Shown piece by piece: positions 10,824 through 22,687 of a DNA stretch of 64,000 nucleotides. The notes beneath the pieces are model-generated. The model was given only the letters and a program-made list of their open reading frames with translations, made no database searches and had not been told where the DNA came from. Position 1 is the first letter of the stretch. Each line of letters opens with the position of its first letter. Source of the stretch: Cladosporium halotolerans (taxonomy: Eukaryota); NCBI RefSeq assembly GCF_011745625.1, contig NW_027191452.1, positions 310,001 to 374,000 of the forward strand, read 5' to 3'. Made by a program: the position numbers and the translations under genes.

Positions 10824-12076
10824 GGTGGCGGAGGGTGCTGAAAGTCTTGGTGTGCCTGGTGCGATGTTCAGCATGGGGTGCAAGGGAATGCCGAGCAGCG
10901 ATGTGGTGCGGTGTATCGAGTTGAAATGCAGCGGACGTTGATGCGCGAGGTTATGTGCTCAAAAAGGAAGGTGCAGTAACGAGACACCCGGTCGCGTTGG
11001 TGGTGGTTGTATTACAACAGTGATTGTAGGTTCGTGCCGGCACGATGGTAGGGAACGCAAAAGGGAATGACGCTTGTGCAGATGTCTTGGGGAGCGATGG
11101 TAGTGAAGGTGGAGGTGCAGGTGAGGATCGTGTAGGCGCAGACAATAATGCATGTGTGCGACAATAAAGAAAGACAATGAGAACGTACCGCGGTGTCTGG
11201 GCTTGGCCAATCATGCGACCAAGAGGTTCATTGTCCGACGACCGCGACCACCTGGTCGGGGTGGCGTTTCAGCGCGCCCTCCGCGCATCCACGTCCTGGT
11301 CTGGGACTCGAGGTTGCGTTGTTGGTCGATGGGGTCTGGGGCCCGTGCGGGCTCGTAAGCGCCGCAGAGGTGAGGGCGGCTCTGCTCGTGGCAGCATTCG
11401 ATGGCCGGCGATGGGCGGGCAGGGAGCGAGAATGGTGCGGCCGAACAAAGAGGTGGCTCGCGGCGACATGGCGCTGTTGGCCGGCAGATTGCCTCGTGGT
11501 GGCGCCGGGAGCTATTCTCGTCGTCTTTGTCGCGCGGCCACCCCAGGACTTCTCCCAAGGGCCGCCACGCCGCGGTGCGAGCGCGCGCGCGGCCCTGCGC
11601 TCCTGTCCGAACCTCATCAGCTCCTCGACTTCCTCCTCCAGCGTGACAGCAAGGCCGTAGGGCCGCCCGCACCGTCACGCCGCAGCGTAGCGAGTAGGCG
11701 GCCCTGGCCGTGGACAATGCGAAGGTCTGGGGATCGACGTGGCTTTGTACGTGGGAGATGCGACGCCACAGCAGCTGGCGCTAGCGCAGCCTGGCCGGCT
11801 CTCTCTGCCAACTCGTCCCTGATGACGAAAGCCTGTCTGCAGAAGCTACAAGTGGATGTACACAACACGTTTCTACCTCGTCGCTCACGGATACATTATA
11901 GTTATATTACGATAGGAAATAACAGGCAGCTGTATCATCTCTTTGCGATCTTCTTCTGCTTCGCGCCGTGCAGCATCCGCCAAAATGATCAGACGTGACA
12001 TACCTTGTCCCAGCCTCCAATTTCATGGCAATGCGCAGCCAATCATGTCCCGTGTCGCGTCCTCGTCCATCCCGCG

Positions 12077-12657
12077 TGAAACATGCTGTTCTTGACCTCA
12101 CCTGTCGCTCTGGTCGTCCTCCGCTACACTCGCCTTCGGTCAATGCTATGCACACGCCTCGACGAGGCACAATGCTGCACGTGTCAAGGCATTTCATCAC
12201 ATGTCATTCGAGCTCAGCCACACTTCATCCACACCGCGCAGAGCCTGTGGCAACACATCACGGATCACTAAAGCAAGATCCCGTGACAGGAGCAATAACA
12301 ACAATGCACAGGTAGGAAGCAAGCACTTGCCGGCAATCGGTACCGGACTGGCGATCCATGAACAGGTGGAGGCTTTTCGCAGCACGTAACGCTATCTTCG
12401 TTCACTTACAATCTTCCGTCGCGTCCGTGCGCAACTCTCTTTAAGGAACAGTTCACTTGTCAGCAACTTTTGTTTCATATGCTAACAGACGACTCACATG
12501 AATTCATACAATCGCACATGTAATCACATGCGCCGACACTAATCTCTGACGCCATCCTCTGATGAATGCTCGCGGTGGCACATGATAATTGACTCGCTCA
12601 TGCCTCGTGACAGCGCCCGGCGGTGCCTATATCTGCCTTGGCCGTTTGATTGAAACA
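12077..12657. promoter_or_regulatory. Three Ste12-type pheromone response elements (TGAAACA) at 12077-12083 (+), 12471-12477 (-) and 12651-12657 (+)
   Basis: Exact consensus matches in the divergent intergenic region upstream of PRM1. Confidence 0.5.
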
Positions 12658-13527
12658 ATCCTCGCTGCCACTCAAGACCACACAAGACCACACAATCAGA
12701 GTACGTGCTCTGAATATCGCTTGACTTCGTGACTGTCACTTCACAGATCTCAGCTGCTAACACGGAACGTTATAGGAACCAACTCGCTTGAACCACCACC
12801 TTCGCAGCGCGGTGGAAGTCGACATTAGGACAGTGGTCCTCCAACATCTTCGCAGCCCGGTCGGCATTGACCTGAGGCAGCGATCTTCCAACCCTCAGCA
12901 CAGCGATACCAAGACAGCCAAATCGACATCACCGCGACTAGGCCGGCTCCCTACTGCCTGGGCCGTAGTCCACACGCATCCGGCTGCCTGGAGCTTGGTG
13001 CTGCTATCGACCAACAATCTGGCGGCTGGTTTCCACGGATCTCTTTCAATTCCAGCAAACGCGCGGCGCAATCACCAATAGTGCAGCTGAGACGTTCTTT
13101 GACCGACATATTGACCTGCTGCAGCCGGAAACCAGTAAGATATCCAACCCGTCAAGAAAGCCTGGTCTTCAAACATCAGACCGCTAGCGTTCTCACTATT
13201 TCGAAAGTCCAGCAAGCAGACGGTAAGTGATCAAAAGGGTAAGCTTTGCCTTTCACACGGCTCCTTGCAACCAACGGCATTTCCACTCCTTGAGCCATTC
13301 AACATTGGCTCACTTCACCACTGGAACCCCTTAACACCGACTCAAGCCGGCCACGCAAATAATCGCTTTGTCAAAGACCCAATCAGCGCCGCAAAAAGGG
13401 ACCAAACTTGAACTCTCCTCTGAGCACCCTCGCAAGCTTTGCATTCTCTGCGTGGCGTATCAACCCGCGCAGACCACGATACCCCCACGACGTCTCGTCA
13501 GAAAAATCAATCCAACCGACCTTTGAA

Positions 13528-14211
13528 ATGTCTTACGGCAATTCCAGGAAGTGGATAGCCCCCGGTGTCAGGGAGAAGCAGAAGCACGACAAGCTCAACT
13601 TTGCCCGCGGCAAGATCTGCGCCAACTCCCCCTTCTGGCACCGTGATTTCGACCTCGAGAATCACAAGCGCGAATTCAACGCTCTTCTTCAAGCCCGCTT
13701 CAATCAGTCAACTCACCCCCCTTCCCCGGAAACCCCATCGCACAACCACGCCCCATCCAGTACTTCGACTGCAGGCCCGATTACCCCCTCCCGCTCCGCA
13801 TTCAGCGGCAAGAAGCTGAACGGCTCAGAGTTCACCACCAACCATTCCCCGGTCCTCGCTTTTCCCACCGTCTTCACTCCTCAGTTCAAGCTCGGCAAAC
13901 CCTTCGTCGCACCCTGGCCGTCCAAGAGCGAGATGAAGTACGAGGGAGACGACCGCATCGCGACGGACAAGCTGCACGGTCGCTTCCTGGGCCACCCGCG
14001 CGTCGAGGGCAACGAGACCGTCAACTGGCAGCACCGCAACGTCATCCCGCAATACCATTTCGACAACTTCCACACGATCCCGTCCGTCGACGACATCTTC
14101 GTTAAGACCCACTCGATCCCCGAGTTGCAGGAGGAGGCCACCGAAGAGGAAGCGAAGGCGATGCTTGGCGAGGAGCTTTTTGAGCTGCTCGATCCGGTTG
14201 GGCGTCTTTGA
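13528..14211 (+). CDS. Conserved-looking hypothetical fungal protein
   Basis: 227-codon ORF from ATG 13528 with strong C/G-ending codon bias. C-terminal block PWPSKSEMKYEGDDR...RFLGHPRVEGNETVNWQHR looks globular. Upstream exons are possible. Confidence 0.75.
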   Translation: MSYGNSRKWIAPGVREKQKHDKLNFARGKICANSPFWHRDFDLENHKREFNALLQARFNQSTHPPSPETPSHNHAPSSTSTAGPITPSRSAFSGKKLNGSEFTTNHSPVLAFPTVFTPQFKLGKPFVAPWPSKSEMKYEGDDRIATDKLHGRFLGHPRVEGNETVNWQHRNVIPQYHFDNFHTIPSVDDIFVKTHSIPELQEEATEEEAKAMLGEELFELLDPVGRL

Positions 14212-15001
14212 GGGGGAGGTTTCGGTTTCATAACTTGTTTTGTCGGAAAGAAGAAGGCTGGACAGGAGTGGGCGTGGGCGCGGGCGTCCACTGCTTCCTG
14301 TCTATTGGTGAAACACAATTGGATATCATCAGAGGCACTCGATGACGAGTGCCTGTTTCCTTTTCTACTCGGCGATACCCAAATAGCGACTCGGTGCAAG
14401 CATGTGTTTTTCCATGACCAACCGCGCCGAAGGCTCCCTTTCAATCACTTCCATGATAGATCACCGCGAATCGCACGCTTTTCGGAAGTTCTAACCAGCA
14501 GGAACTCGCCGCTTCGCATCATTCCCGACCCGCTCCGACAGACTTCGACTGATGATCCTTGCTGTCCGAAACAAGCGCTTTTCTTTGCGAACGCTGCAAA
14601 TGTTACCAGGCGATATCTCGTAGCTCCATTGGTCGTCGCTACACAAATCAACATCAAACTTCACTGCCCAGGCGGACCTCGCCAGCCCACATTCTACATC
14701 CTGGAAAGCCGCGCGATTGCGCCGCAGTCCAAGTAGTGCATCAATTACATCAAAATGAAACCTTTGAAACTCGTGATCTTCATTGTTTGCTCAAATGAAT
14801 TCAAATTTCGCTTAGTATGCCATGCAAGTTACCTAAGAATATCCCAAAGAAGAATCAGAAAAAGCCGCCCAAACTCCCGCGCCATCGCAATGCGTAGTAT
14901 GTCCGTTCGCGCTTCCCAATGCTTCTATCCATTCATGCTTCTTCGAGCGCGCTCTTGCGCTCATCGTGCTTTATCCGTTCCATTCTCCAAGATCGCTTCT
15001 C

Positions 15002-16150
15002 TCACGATCTGAAGTCCCTGACGTGGGCGCGCCTGTGCGGCGCGGGTGCCTGGCCCGTAGGAGCGGAGCCGGACGCGGGGACGGTGACTGTCTTGTAGAC
15101 GACGACCCCGGGGGCGGTGACGGTGACGTTCCGGGTAGCGGTGACCACGGCCTCGGAGGCCGGGGCGGTGGCTGCAGGAGCGCTGGTGACGGCCGGAGGG
15201 CTGTTGGTCACTGAAGAGGCCATCGAGCTGGAAGGCGCAGGCGCAGGAGCTGCGATGCTGCCGGGAGCGGATGCGGAGCCGGATTGGCCGCGCGGGTTGG
15301 AGACGATCGCCTTGCGGGACTTGTAGTCGCTCACGGCGTTCTGCTCGTTGTTCTGCTGGACCAGGGGGTGCTTGCTGGTTGTCGCGAGCTTGTTGTTGGC
15401 GTTGCCGCCGGCGACGTCGAAGTCGGAGCAGGTGGTGTAGTACTCGTCCTTGGCGCCCTCGCCTTCAGTGGCCCAGTCCCACACCCAGTAGGTGGTGAGG
15501 GTGGAGCCGGCGGGAGCGTTGGCGGGGATTTCGAGGTTGGATTCGCACCAGAGTTCCTGGTTGCCGTTCTTGGCCTGGCGCTCGATGGAAATGGGAGAGC
15601 TGTTGATCTGGTAGCAGCGGCCGTCGTCGTAGTTCTGGGAGGCCATCAGCCAGCCCTTTCCGTTGCCGCCCTTGCCATCCTTCGTCCAGGCGAGGACATC
15701 AGTGAGCTTCTCAGAGCTGCTGGGCTTGTAGGTACCGAAGATGTAGACAGTGCCGCCACTCTTGGGCTTGCCGGCGGGAATGCCGGGCTGCGAGACGTGG
15801 CCGTTCTCGAGGTACTTCATGGCGACGAAGTCACCTGGAGCAACAGAGAGCTTGGGGTACTGTGGAGAGTAGTTGGCCTCGCGCTGCGAAGGATGGCAGG
15901 CGAACATGTTGCTGTTGATGCGAGTAGCGCCGATGTCAGTATCGGGGCTGGGGAGCTGCCACTTGTCGGAGAACCCAGTGAAACCAGGATCAGTGCGAGC
16001 AACGTAGCCTCTGGGATAGCCGTAGTCGCCAGTGTAAGAGCCATTAGGGCTAATGACCTGCATCTGCTCGATCCATGTGTGCGACATCGCAAACGGAACA
16101 AGCATCGAAAAGCCAAGAAAGACGGCCAATCTAGCGAATGGCACAGCCAT
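15002..16150 (-). CDS. Secreted protein with predicted mature N-terminal His, LPMO-like domain and Ser/Ala/Pro/Thr-rich tail
   Basis: Signal peptide ...FAMS|HTWIEQ; YLENGHV; YWVWDW...EYYTTCSD; low-complexity C-terminus; strong codon bias. Confidence 0.85.
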   Translation of the reverse strand: MAVPFARLAVFLGFSMLVPFAMSHTWIEQMQVISPNGSYTGDYGYPRGYVARTDPGFTGFSDKWQLPSPDTDIGATRINSNMFACHPSQREANYSPQYPKLSVAPGDFVAMKYLENGHVSQPGIPAGKPKSGGTVYIFGTYKPSSSEKLTDVLAWTKDGKGGNGKGWLMASQNYDDGRCYQINSSPISIERQAKNGNQELWCESNLEIPANAPAGSTLTTYWVWDWATEGEGAKDEYYTTCSDFDVAGGNANNKLATTSKHPLVQQNNEQNAVSDYKSRKAIVSNPRGQSGSASAPGSIAAPAPAPSSSMASSVTNSPPAVTSAPAATAPASEAVVTATRNVTVTAPGVVVYKTVTVPASGSAPTGQAPAPHRRAHVRDFRS

Positions 16151-17334
16151 GGTTGGTAATGGTTGAGCTTATCGATTCGGTTCGGAGTGTTTTGGTAAGA
16201 TTTGGTGTGTTGGGAACAATTCCAGGTCAACCTTGTACCAGCAAGGATGTTGTAGTGAATCTACTCAGTCTTTGTGGCTTTGTAGGGAATGTTGCGGGAA
16301 AGAAATGGTCTAGAGAGGCACTATCGCGTGCGTTATATGTTGACTGACGGATGATGCTCAAAGAGCGCAAGTTGACTGTACAAGAGCGAGCGAGCGTTGT
16401 GCGGCCAGCGCAGTGAATGGTGAAGAATAAGGAAGCGACAAAGGGAATCTGAACAATAGAATTCAACAGGTCATTGTCAGGTCATTTGAAAGAGCGCAAC
16501 AAAGAAGGAAGGGATTTTTTGAAGCGGCCACAGGTGTGGGGTAACGCTGGCCACGGGTGGGTTGAGAGGACAGTGATGCGGATGGAGTCGACGACGAGAA
16601 TGATTGTTGAAACCAGACAGGCATTCCGTGGAGGCTTTGTTGCTTCGAACGCCAACCACTGCGTTTCTGCAATTTAGGGTAGATCCTGGTCGCGTGCCCT
16701 CCAGCGGCTCTTCGAGTACCTCTCGTAAGGCTGGAGGGACGATGCGTTTTGCAAGATAGATTACGGCGGTTCATGGCGGCTGGACCTGACTGCAGGCCAG
16801 GCTCCGGCCTCGCCATGACCTTGCAGTATCATCGTGACCCAATCAAAAAGAAGTGAGTGTCGCTGGTGCTACCTTGCAAATTGTGCTTATGCGCTTCTGC
16901 GCGTGAGGTGAGGTTGCCCGGAGGTGTTGTTGTCGGAGAGTTGGCGCCTGCAGGCGCCGAAGCCACGCTGATTGGCCGCGCAAAGCCGCATCTGCCGCCG
17001 ATCTTTGATGACTTGGGAGGCCACGCAAAGCCGTTTCATATTCATCAAGTCGCCGACCCGGGTACCGCTGGGCCTATTTTGGGTGCCGGTCAGGCACTGA
17101 GCCGCTTGGTATCCATCCTGCATGTCTAGATCATCGAGCGTAAAACGACTGCGTAGTGCTGCCGCTCTTGCACGCGCTATCGAATGACCAGACCTACAAC
17201 CGCTTGGTCCATGAGATGGGTCACCTTTGATAACGGAATCTTTTGCTGGCATACATTGGCTTGTCCCGGAGACACAGTGCCACCAAAGGCCCGGACCAAA
17301 GACAATTAGAAGATTTCGGTTCCATACATTGCAC

Positions 17335-18111
17335 CTACAATTCCACCTGCTTGCTCATATGCGCTATGTGGAATCCTTTCGAGCTGCCAAACCATCCTGG
17401 GCCATGAAATGTCTCGTAGTCCAACGAGTATCCCTTTCGCTTGTAGAAGCCCTCATTTACCTCTTTTGCCGTAGTTAACATCATCACCAGCTTGAGTCCC
17501 GGCAATCCTCTCTCGACTCGGGCCACCAGAAACCGCTTCTTCACTTCTCCCTCGACCAACTCCATCAAAAGTCCCGCCAGGCCTTTACGCTGAAGCGAAG
17601 GATTCACTGCCATAACCGACAGTTCCCAGCCTTCTGTGTTGGGGTCCGAAAACCCAGTCCGTTTCCATGCCCCGGCAGGGTTGTCAATAGTCACTTCCTG
17701 GGGCTCTAGCGTCTCATGATATCGTTTTGCAGATGCAACGCCAATTGCAACGCCCGTGTCAGTGTAGGAGACGACGTAGGTAAACGTGTCATCAGCCGAT
17801 AACGCCTCGATCAGTTGTCCGTGCGATTGTAGTCGGAAAGAGTCATCAGGGAACAGTCCGGCTCGATTATGAGAAAACGCGAAAGCAACGTTGATGAGGT
17901 CGTACATGCCAGGAATCTGACCTGCAGCTAGAAGATCTTTCGATTGGTATAGCGTCGCTGTCGTTGGTCTGTTGTCAATCGTCGGGCCCGGCTGCCACTT
18001 GGCAGTGATGTGAGAGCTCCATTCCACACTGCCATTCTCCTTGTTGACTGGAATTTTTGCAGCTGGACGTCTTATTTCTGACCCATCAGAATGAATTTTG
18101 AAGCTTGTCAT
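17335..18111 (-). CDS. GNAT-family acetyltransferase (start uncertain)
   Basis: Acetyl-CoA motif A ELSVMAVNPSLQRKGLAGLLM and motif B NEGFYKRKGY. Confidence 0.8.
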   Translation of the reverse strand: MTSFKIHSDGSEIRRPAAKIPVNKENGSVEWSSHITAKWQPGPTIDNRPTTATLYQSKDLLAAGQIPGMYDLINVAFAFSHNRAGLFPDDSFRLQSHGQLIEALSADDTFTYVVSYTDTGVAIGVASAKRYHETLEPQEVTIDNPAGAWKRTGFSDPNTEGWELSVMAVNPSLQRKGLAGLLMELVEGEVKKRFLVARVERGLPGLKLVMMLTTAKEVNEGFYKRKGYSLDYETFHGPGWFGSSKGFHIAHMSKQVEL

Positions 18112-18488
18112 GGTATGCGGACTTGCTTTGTTGTCAGCGCGGGAGAAAGCCACTTGTGAAATTCTCGCGGATTCGGAAGGTGGACTTTCACCCAGTAGAA
18201 GAGAGGCGATGAATATGGGTGTAGCATGCACGGTATTGCATCAATTCTGATCAGCCATTGTAAAGCACAAGGGATATAGAACACGGAAAGAGTCACAGTG
18301 GAAGACTCATCAGAGCGGCAACAGCATGTGCAATGATCGGCTTGGGTGCGGGGAACGGATTATTGATGAAACAAAAGCTGAGAGAAGCAGCATGTACTCG
18401 TAGGGCGCAATGATGATCGAAAACTATTATTATGGCCTTCTACAGACACAAGTAAAAGAATGGTACCACACAATTCTCCATGGACATC

Positions 18489-21400
18489 TCACCCGGATGA
18501 TTTCGCTAGCATTGCTCGTCTGCCCACATAAAAGCGATCCAGAGCGGTCCGGCGCTGCTCCTGGGTCCACCCTTCGACAACAAGCGCAAAGTCCGTGACA
18601 TTATCAAATCCAAAAGACTTCGCCATAGAACAGAATTGGCGATTGCGGACATCTTCCGGCGGTCTATACTTGTAGCGGACATGCTCTTCTTCCTCCATGT
18701 CATCTTCGTCATCCGACTGTGCCCGCCTCGCGTGTGGATGCGATGTCGCGCTCGCAGAGTCGTTTTGTGAAGCCTGACTTTGCGCAAAAGCGCGCTCACT
18801 ATTCCAGCCTGCATTGCCGCCAGCTTTTTGTGCACGGGAGGAGATGCGCGTCTCAACTTTGCTGGTTCCGATGACCTCAGCATTTTCATGCGTATATTTA
18901 ACACCCGCACCCGCAAGGATAGCCATCACTCCGTCAGGCTTCTTGGCTGCTTCTCCTGCCTTTTTGCGGCGCGTTGCTGGCTCATCAATGATCTCCTGGG
19001 CCAATTGCGACAGGGCTGTTTCCTCATTGCCATCGTAGTCTTCATCCTCATCGCGTGAGGCTTCAAGGTTGAGGCCTGCAATCTCTACGCCAGCGCGAGA
19101 TTCCGCTACGTTCGTCTTGTTGAAAATGTCGCGCAGCTTGATCTCTTCGCTGGTGGGCGCAAACAGGTTGGCTAAGCCGAAGATCTCGCCTTTAAGCTCC
19201 TTTTGATCCTGCACACCCCTGAAGTAGCGACGCTCGACCGACGCATTATATCCGATGTTTGCCTGTTGTTGCTTGTAGACTTGCCTCGCGTACACGACTT
19301 CCTCGATAGTACCAGCTGATATAAGGCGGAAGACCTCTACGTCGCGAGTCTGGCCGAGGCGGTATGCGCGGTCTTGGGCCTGGAGATCGTACGCTGGGTT
19401 CCAGTTGGGGTCGACAATGACGACCTTGTTCGCGGACGTGATGTTGAGACCCAGACCTCCTGCTTTGGTGGAAATTAAGAAGACAAAGGCGTTGGGGTTA
19501 GAGTTAAATTCGTCGACAACGGCCTGGCGCTCATCGTTGGGCGTTTTGCCGGAAAGTGACGATACGTTGTAGGTCGTCGTCATCTTGAACAACATGTCCA
19601 ACATGTTCAGCAAGCGAACAGAGTAACTGAAGACAAGGACCTTATCGCCGTTGTCATGCCATAATTTGAGTAACTTCTTGAGAATCCTCCATTTGCCACA
19701 AAATCGAGGATCTGTGTAGTGCAAGATGCTGTCACGTTGAGCATACATTTTTTTCCATGAATCCGGCATTGCCATCTGCAGCTTCTCGAGCTCTTTGAGA
19801 TGCTTTTCACCGCCAACAGGGCTGTGAGGGAGCACAAGAGCCAAGTGGTTTGCGATCTTCTGGAAGGTTTGGAGCGCTGGAAAGACGAAGTGTTGCCAGG
19901 GCGTGCCATCAACTTCGATGTAGCAGCACCAGCCCTGCTTCTTGCCAGAACCGCATCCGCAAGGATCATAAGCGGAGCGAATGCTATGTACCATTTCGGT
20001 ATCGCAAAAGTTGTTGTACGCCAGATCTTGCGTATCGCTGAGCGGGCAGAAAACCACTTTGTCGCTTTTCTTCGGCAGTTGATCGGCTATCAATGATTTC
20101 GGGCGGCGAAGCAGGAAACGGGGGAGTAAGTTGTTTACAAGTTTCTGTGCCACTTCTCGTGATTTCTTGAGCTGCGCATAAGTCGCATCGTGACTCTGCC
20201 CAAGCTTGAGTGGAATGGCGACAGTAGTCTTCCAACTTGAGAGTGGGCCAAACGCGCCAGGATTCGTCCAGTTCAGAAGCGTCCATAGCTCTTCATACTT
20301 GTTCTGGATTGCTGTGCCTGTGAGTCCAATGCGGCACAGGGCGTTGATGCCATTCATGACTTTGGTGGTTTCCGCAGTGCGTTCTTTGATTCGATGGCAC
20401 TCGTCGGCGATCACGCAATCCCAACGAATGGAGTTCATGGCGCTCGCGTGATTACGATAGGTATCGTAAGTGGTAATCATGATTTCCAGCCGCCCTGTAC
20501 CTGCAGCGTCAAGAGCGGACGTACGTCCTTTTTCACCATGGCAGACGTATATGTGCCACCATCCCCATTTTTGAAGTTCGCTTTGCCAATTCGCGACCAG
20601 CGTACCGGGGACGATGAGTAACACGCGCGGGTACCATTTGTCGTCATGCAAACGACGCATTTTTCGCATGCGTTTCGAGTCACGCTCATCTCCCGTCTTA
20701 CCGAATGCGACTGTCAGGAACGCGATGACTTGGATTGTTTTCCCCAAGCCCATATCATCACCAAGGATGCCGCCCCTATGATATACAAACAGCTCGTGCA
20801 AGAATTCAACTCCTTCAACTTGGTATTTACGAAGAAACTGAGCGATGGGTGCCGGGATGATGCCGTATGAGGCTGGCAATTCGATATCCTTGTATGGGGC
20901 GCGAGGTTGCATGTGCTCGGAGATACCAGGGCGTTCCTTGAGGCTTTCCAAGCGCTCATCGTCCGAAAAATACACCTCATCATAGTCGGGCGGAAACTGA
21001 AGTCCAGCATCACCTAGCCTCTGCCTATTTTGATCCCATCCCGAGCGACGGCTTTGGAGATAGTCAGGAAGCGTGCTTTCCATAAGTGCTTCGTCATCAT
21101 CTGAAGGATCGCCATAGTGTTTTTCTTTGCGGTTCCGAGCGTCAAGAACGGTCTTTGGCCTTCTGCCCACAATTGTGTTCTTGTTCGTCCTCTTCTTGAT
21201 TTTCGATCGCTCTGCAGCCATCTTCTTGCGCTCGACGGTCTTACGCTGTTTGAATTGCTTATAGGCGGCGTCACTGTCCTCATCATCGTCAAAGGCCACT
21301 CGCTCGCCCCTTGCCTTACGCTTCCCGTGCGGAGGATAGGCCACGGCATCATCAGAGCTTATCTCAACGGTGTCGCGATTGCTACCTGCTGAAGGGTCCA

Positions 21401-21569
21401 AGTAGTCATCCGAGCTGAGTTTCCGGGCGTCGCCCTTGCGATCCTGTCTTGAATTCATGTCGAGGTCGTCGTCGCTTTCACCAAGCGAGTCGTCACCCTC
21501 CGCGATATTGACGCGCTCTACGAGGCTCAGGTGGCGTTGGCCTGAGTTGTCGAGTCTGCGGCTGGTCAT
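18489..21569 (-). CDS. SNF2-family DNA repair ATPase, ERCC6L2/Rad26-like
   Basis: GILGDDMGLGKT, DECH, LTGTAIQN, STKAGGLGLNI, QAQDRAYRLGQ and a C-terminal ENAEVIGTSK (VIGSSK-type) motif. Likely start MTSRR at 21569. Confidence 0.92.
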   Translation of the reverse strand: MTSRRLDNSGQRHLSLVERVNIAEGDDSLGESDDDLDMNSRQDRKGDARKLSSDDYLDPSAGSNRDTVEISSDDAVAYPPHGKRKARGERVAFDDDEDSDAAYKQFKQRKTVERKKMAAERSKIKKRTNKNTIVGRRPKTVLDARNRKEKHYGDPSDDDEALMESTLPDYLQSRRSGWDQNRQRLGDAGLQFPPDYDEVYFSDDERLESLKERPGISEHMQPRAPYKDIELPASYGIIPAPIAQFLRKYQVEGVEFLHELFVYHRGGILGDDMGLGKTIQVIAFLTVAFGKTGDERDSKRMRKMRRLHDDKWYPRVLLIVPGTLVANWQSELQKWGWWHIYVCHGEKGRTSALDAAGTGRLEIMITTYDTYRNHASAMNSIRWDCVIADECHRIKERTAETTKVMNGINALCRIGLTGTAIQNKYEELWTLLNWTNPGAFGPLSSWKTTVAIPLKLGQSHDATYAQLKKSREVAQKLVNNLLPRFLLRRPKSLIADQLPKKSDKVVFCPLSDTQDLAYNNFCDTEMVHSIRSAYDPCGCGSGKKQGWCCYIEVDGTPWQHFVFPALQTFQKIANHLALVLPHSPVGGEKHLKELEKLQMAMPDSWKKMYAQRDSILHYTDPRFCGKWRILKKLLKLWHDNGDKVLVFSYSVRLLNMLDMLFKMTTTYNVSSLSGKTPNDERQAVVDEFNSNPNAFVFLISTKAGGLGLNITSANKVVIVDPNWNPAYDLQAQDRAYRLGQTRDVEVFRLISAGTIEEVVYARQVYKQQQANIGYNASVERRYFRGVQDQKELKGEIFGLANLFAPTSEEIKLRDIFNKTNVAESRAGVEIAGLNLEASRDEDEDYDGNEETALSQLAQEIIDEPATRRKKAGEAAKKPDGVMAILAGAGVKYTHENAEVIGTSKVETRISSRAQKAGGNAGWNSERAFAQSQASQNDSASATSHPHARRAQSDDEDDMEEEEHVRYKYRPPEDVRNRQFCSMAKSFGFDNVTDFALVVEGWTQEQRRTALDRFYVGRRAMLAKSSG

Positions 21570-21868
21570 GTTGCATGTTGGTAGCTGAACCGGGAGCAGG
21601 TGAGTTATCTGAGAACTCGCCGGAACGACAGCACAGATACGCGCATCAGTGAAGTCTATGGGGGTAGTAAGTGAAAGCCCCCCTTCTTCACGCGCGAGCG
21701 TTGCTGGGAAGACGCGACAGAGGACGGCCGCCCCGCGTTTGGAGGATGACGACGGGCGAGAAGCGACGCTGCCTGGCATTGACCGTTTCGGCTTGAATTT
21801 TAGCGGAGCATCAAGCAATTGCAAGAACCAAGAGCTCTGCCAACAACCACCCACCTGCTACCGCGACC

Positions 21869-22687
21869 ATGCCGCTCGACACTTCCACGTACATTCTGGC
21901 GCATCTGCGCCTCGACGGTCGCAGGTGGAATGAGCTCCGTCGGCTCCAGGCCCAGATGAGCACGCAAGCGGCGGCGGACGGGTCAAGCTACTTCGAGATG
22001 GGCAACACCAAGATCATTTGCACTGTCGCGGGCCCACAGGAACAGAAGAGTGGTGGTGGCGGGAGATCTCAACAGGATAAGGCCAAGATCGAGGTCGAGG
22101 TCAACTTCGCTGGTTTCTCTGGCATGGACAGGAAAAAGAGAGCCAGAAGCGACAAGTATGAGGGCATCTTCCCAAGTACCATGCGAATACCTTTCTAACG
22201 AGCGCGCAGGCGTACGAGCGAAATGCAACACACGATCGCGTCCGCTTTTGAAAGCACTCTCCTCACACACCTCTTCCCGCATAGCACGATCACACTCAAC
22301 CTTCATATTCTCTCTCAAGATGGGTCGTTGCTTGCTGCTTGCTTGAACGCTGCGACACTTGCGCTCGTCGATGCGGGTATCCCCATGACAGACTACATTT
22401 CAGCTACCACAGTGGCCACGACAGCTAGTTACGCAGACAAAGAGGAAGAGGCGGACCCACTGCTGGACTTGAACGGCTTGGAGGAGCAAGAATTACCCTT
22501 CCTTACCATTGCGAGCAGCGGTGGAGAAGACAGGGTGTGCAGCTTGGTATTGGAGACCAAAGTACACATGGCAAGGCTGGAGCCTATGATATCCGTTGGT
22601 CTCGACGGTTGCAGCCAAATCCGCGGCATTTTGGACGGAGTGATCAGGGCTCATGGAAGGAAGGTTCTTGAAGGCAAAGTTGGATGA
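21869..22687 (+). CDS. RRP41: Exosome core RNase PH subunit Rrp41/Ski6; exons 21869-22155, 22210-22687
   Basis: LRLDGRRWNELR, ADGSSYFEMGNTK, DGSLLAACLNAATLALVDAGIPM; GTATGA..CTAAC..CAG intron restores the frame. Confidence 0.93.

Noticed and set aside
21570..21854. 95-codon N-terminal extension of the SNF2 ORF
   Set aside because: Runs through the shared promoter and is not protein-like; the ATG at 21569 is preferred.
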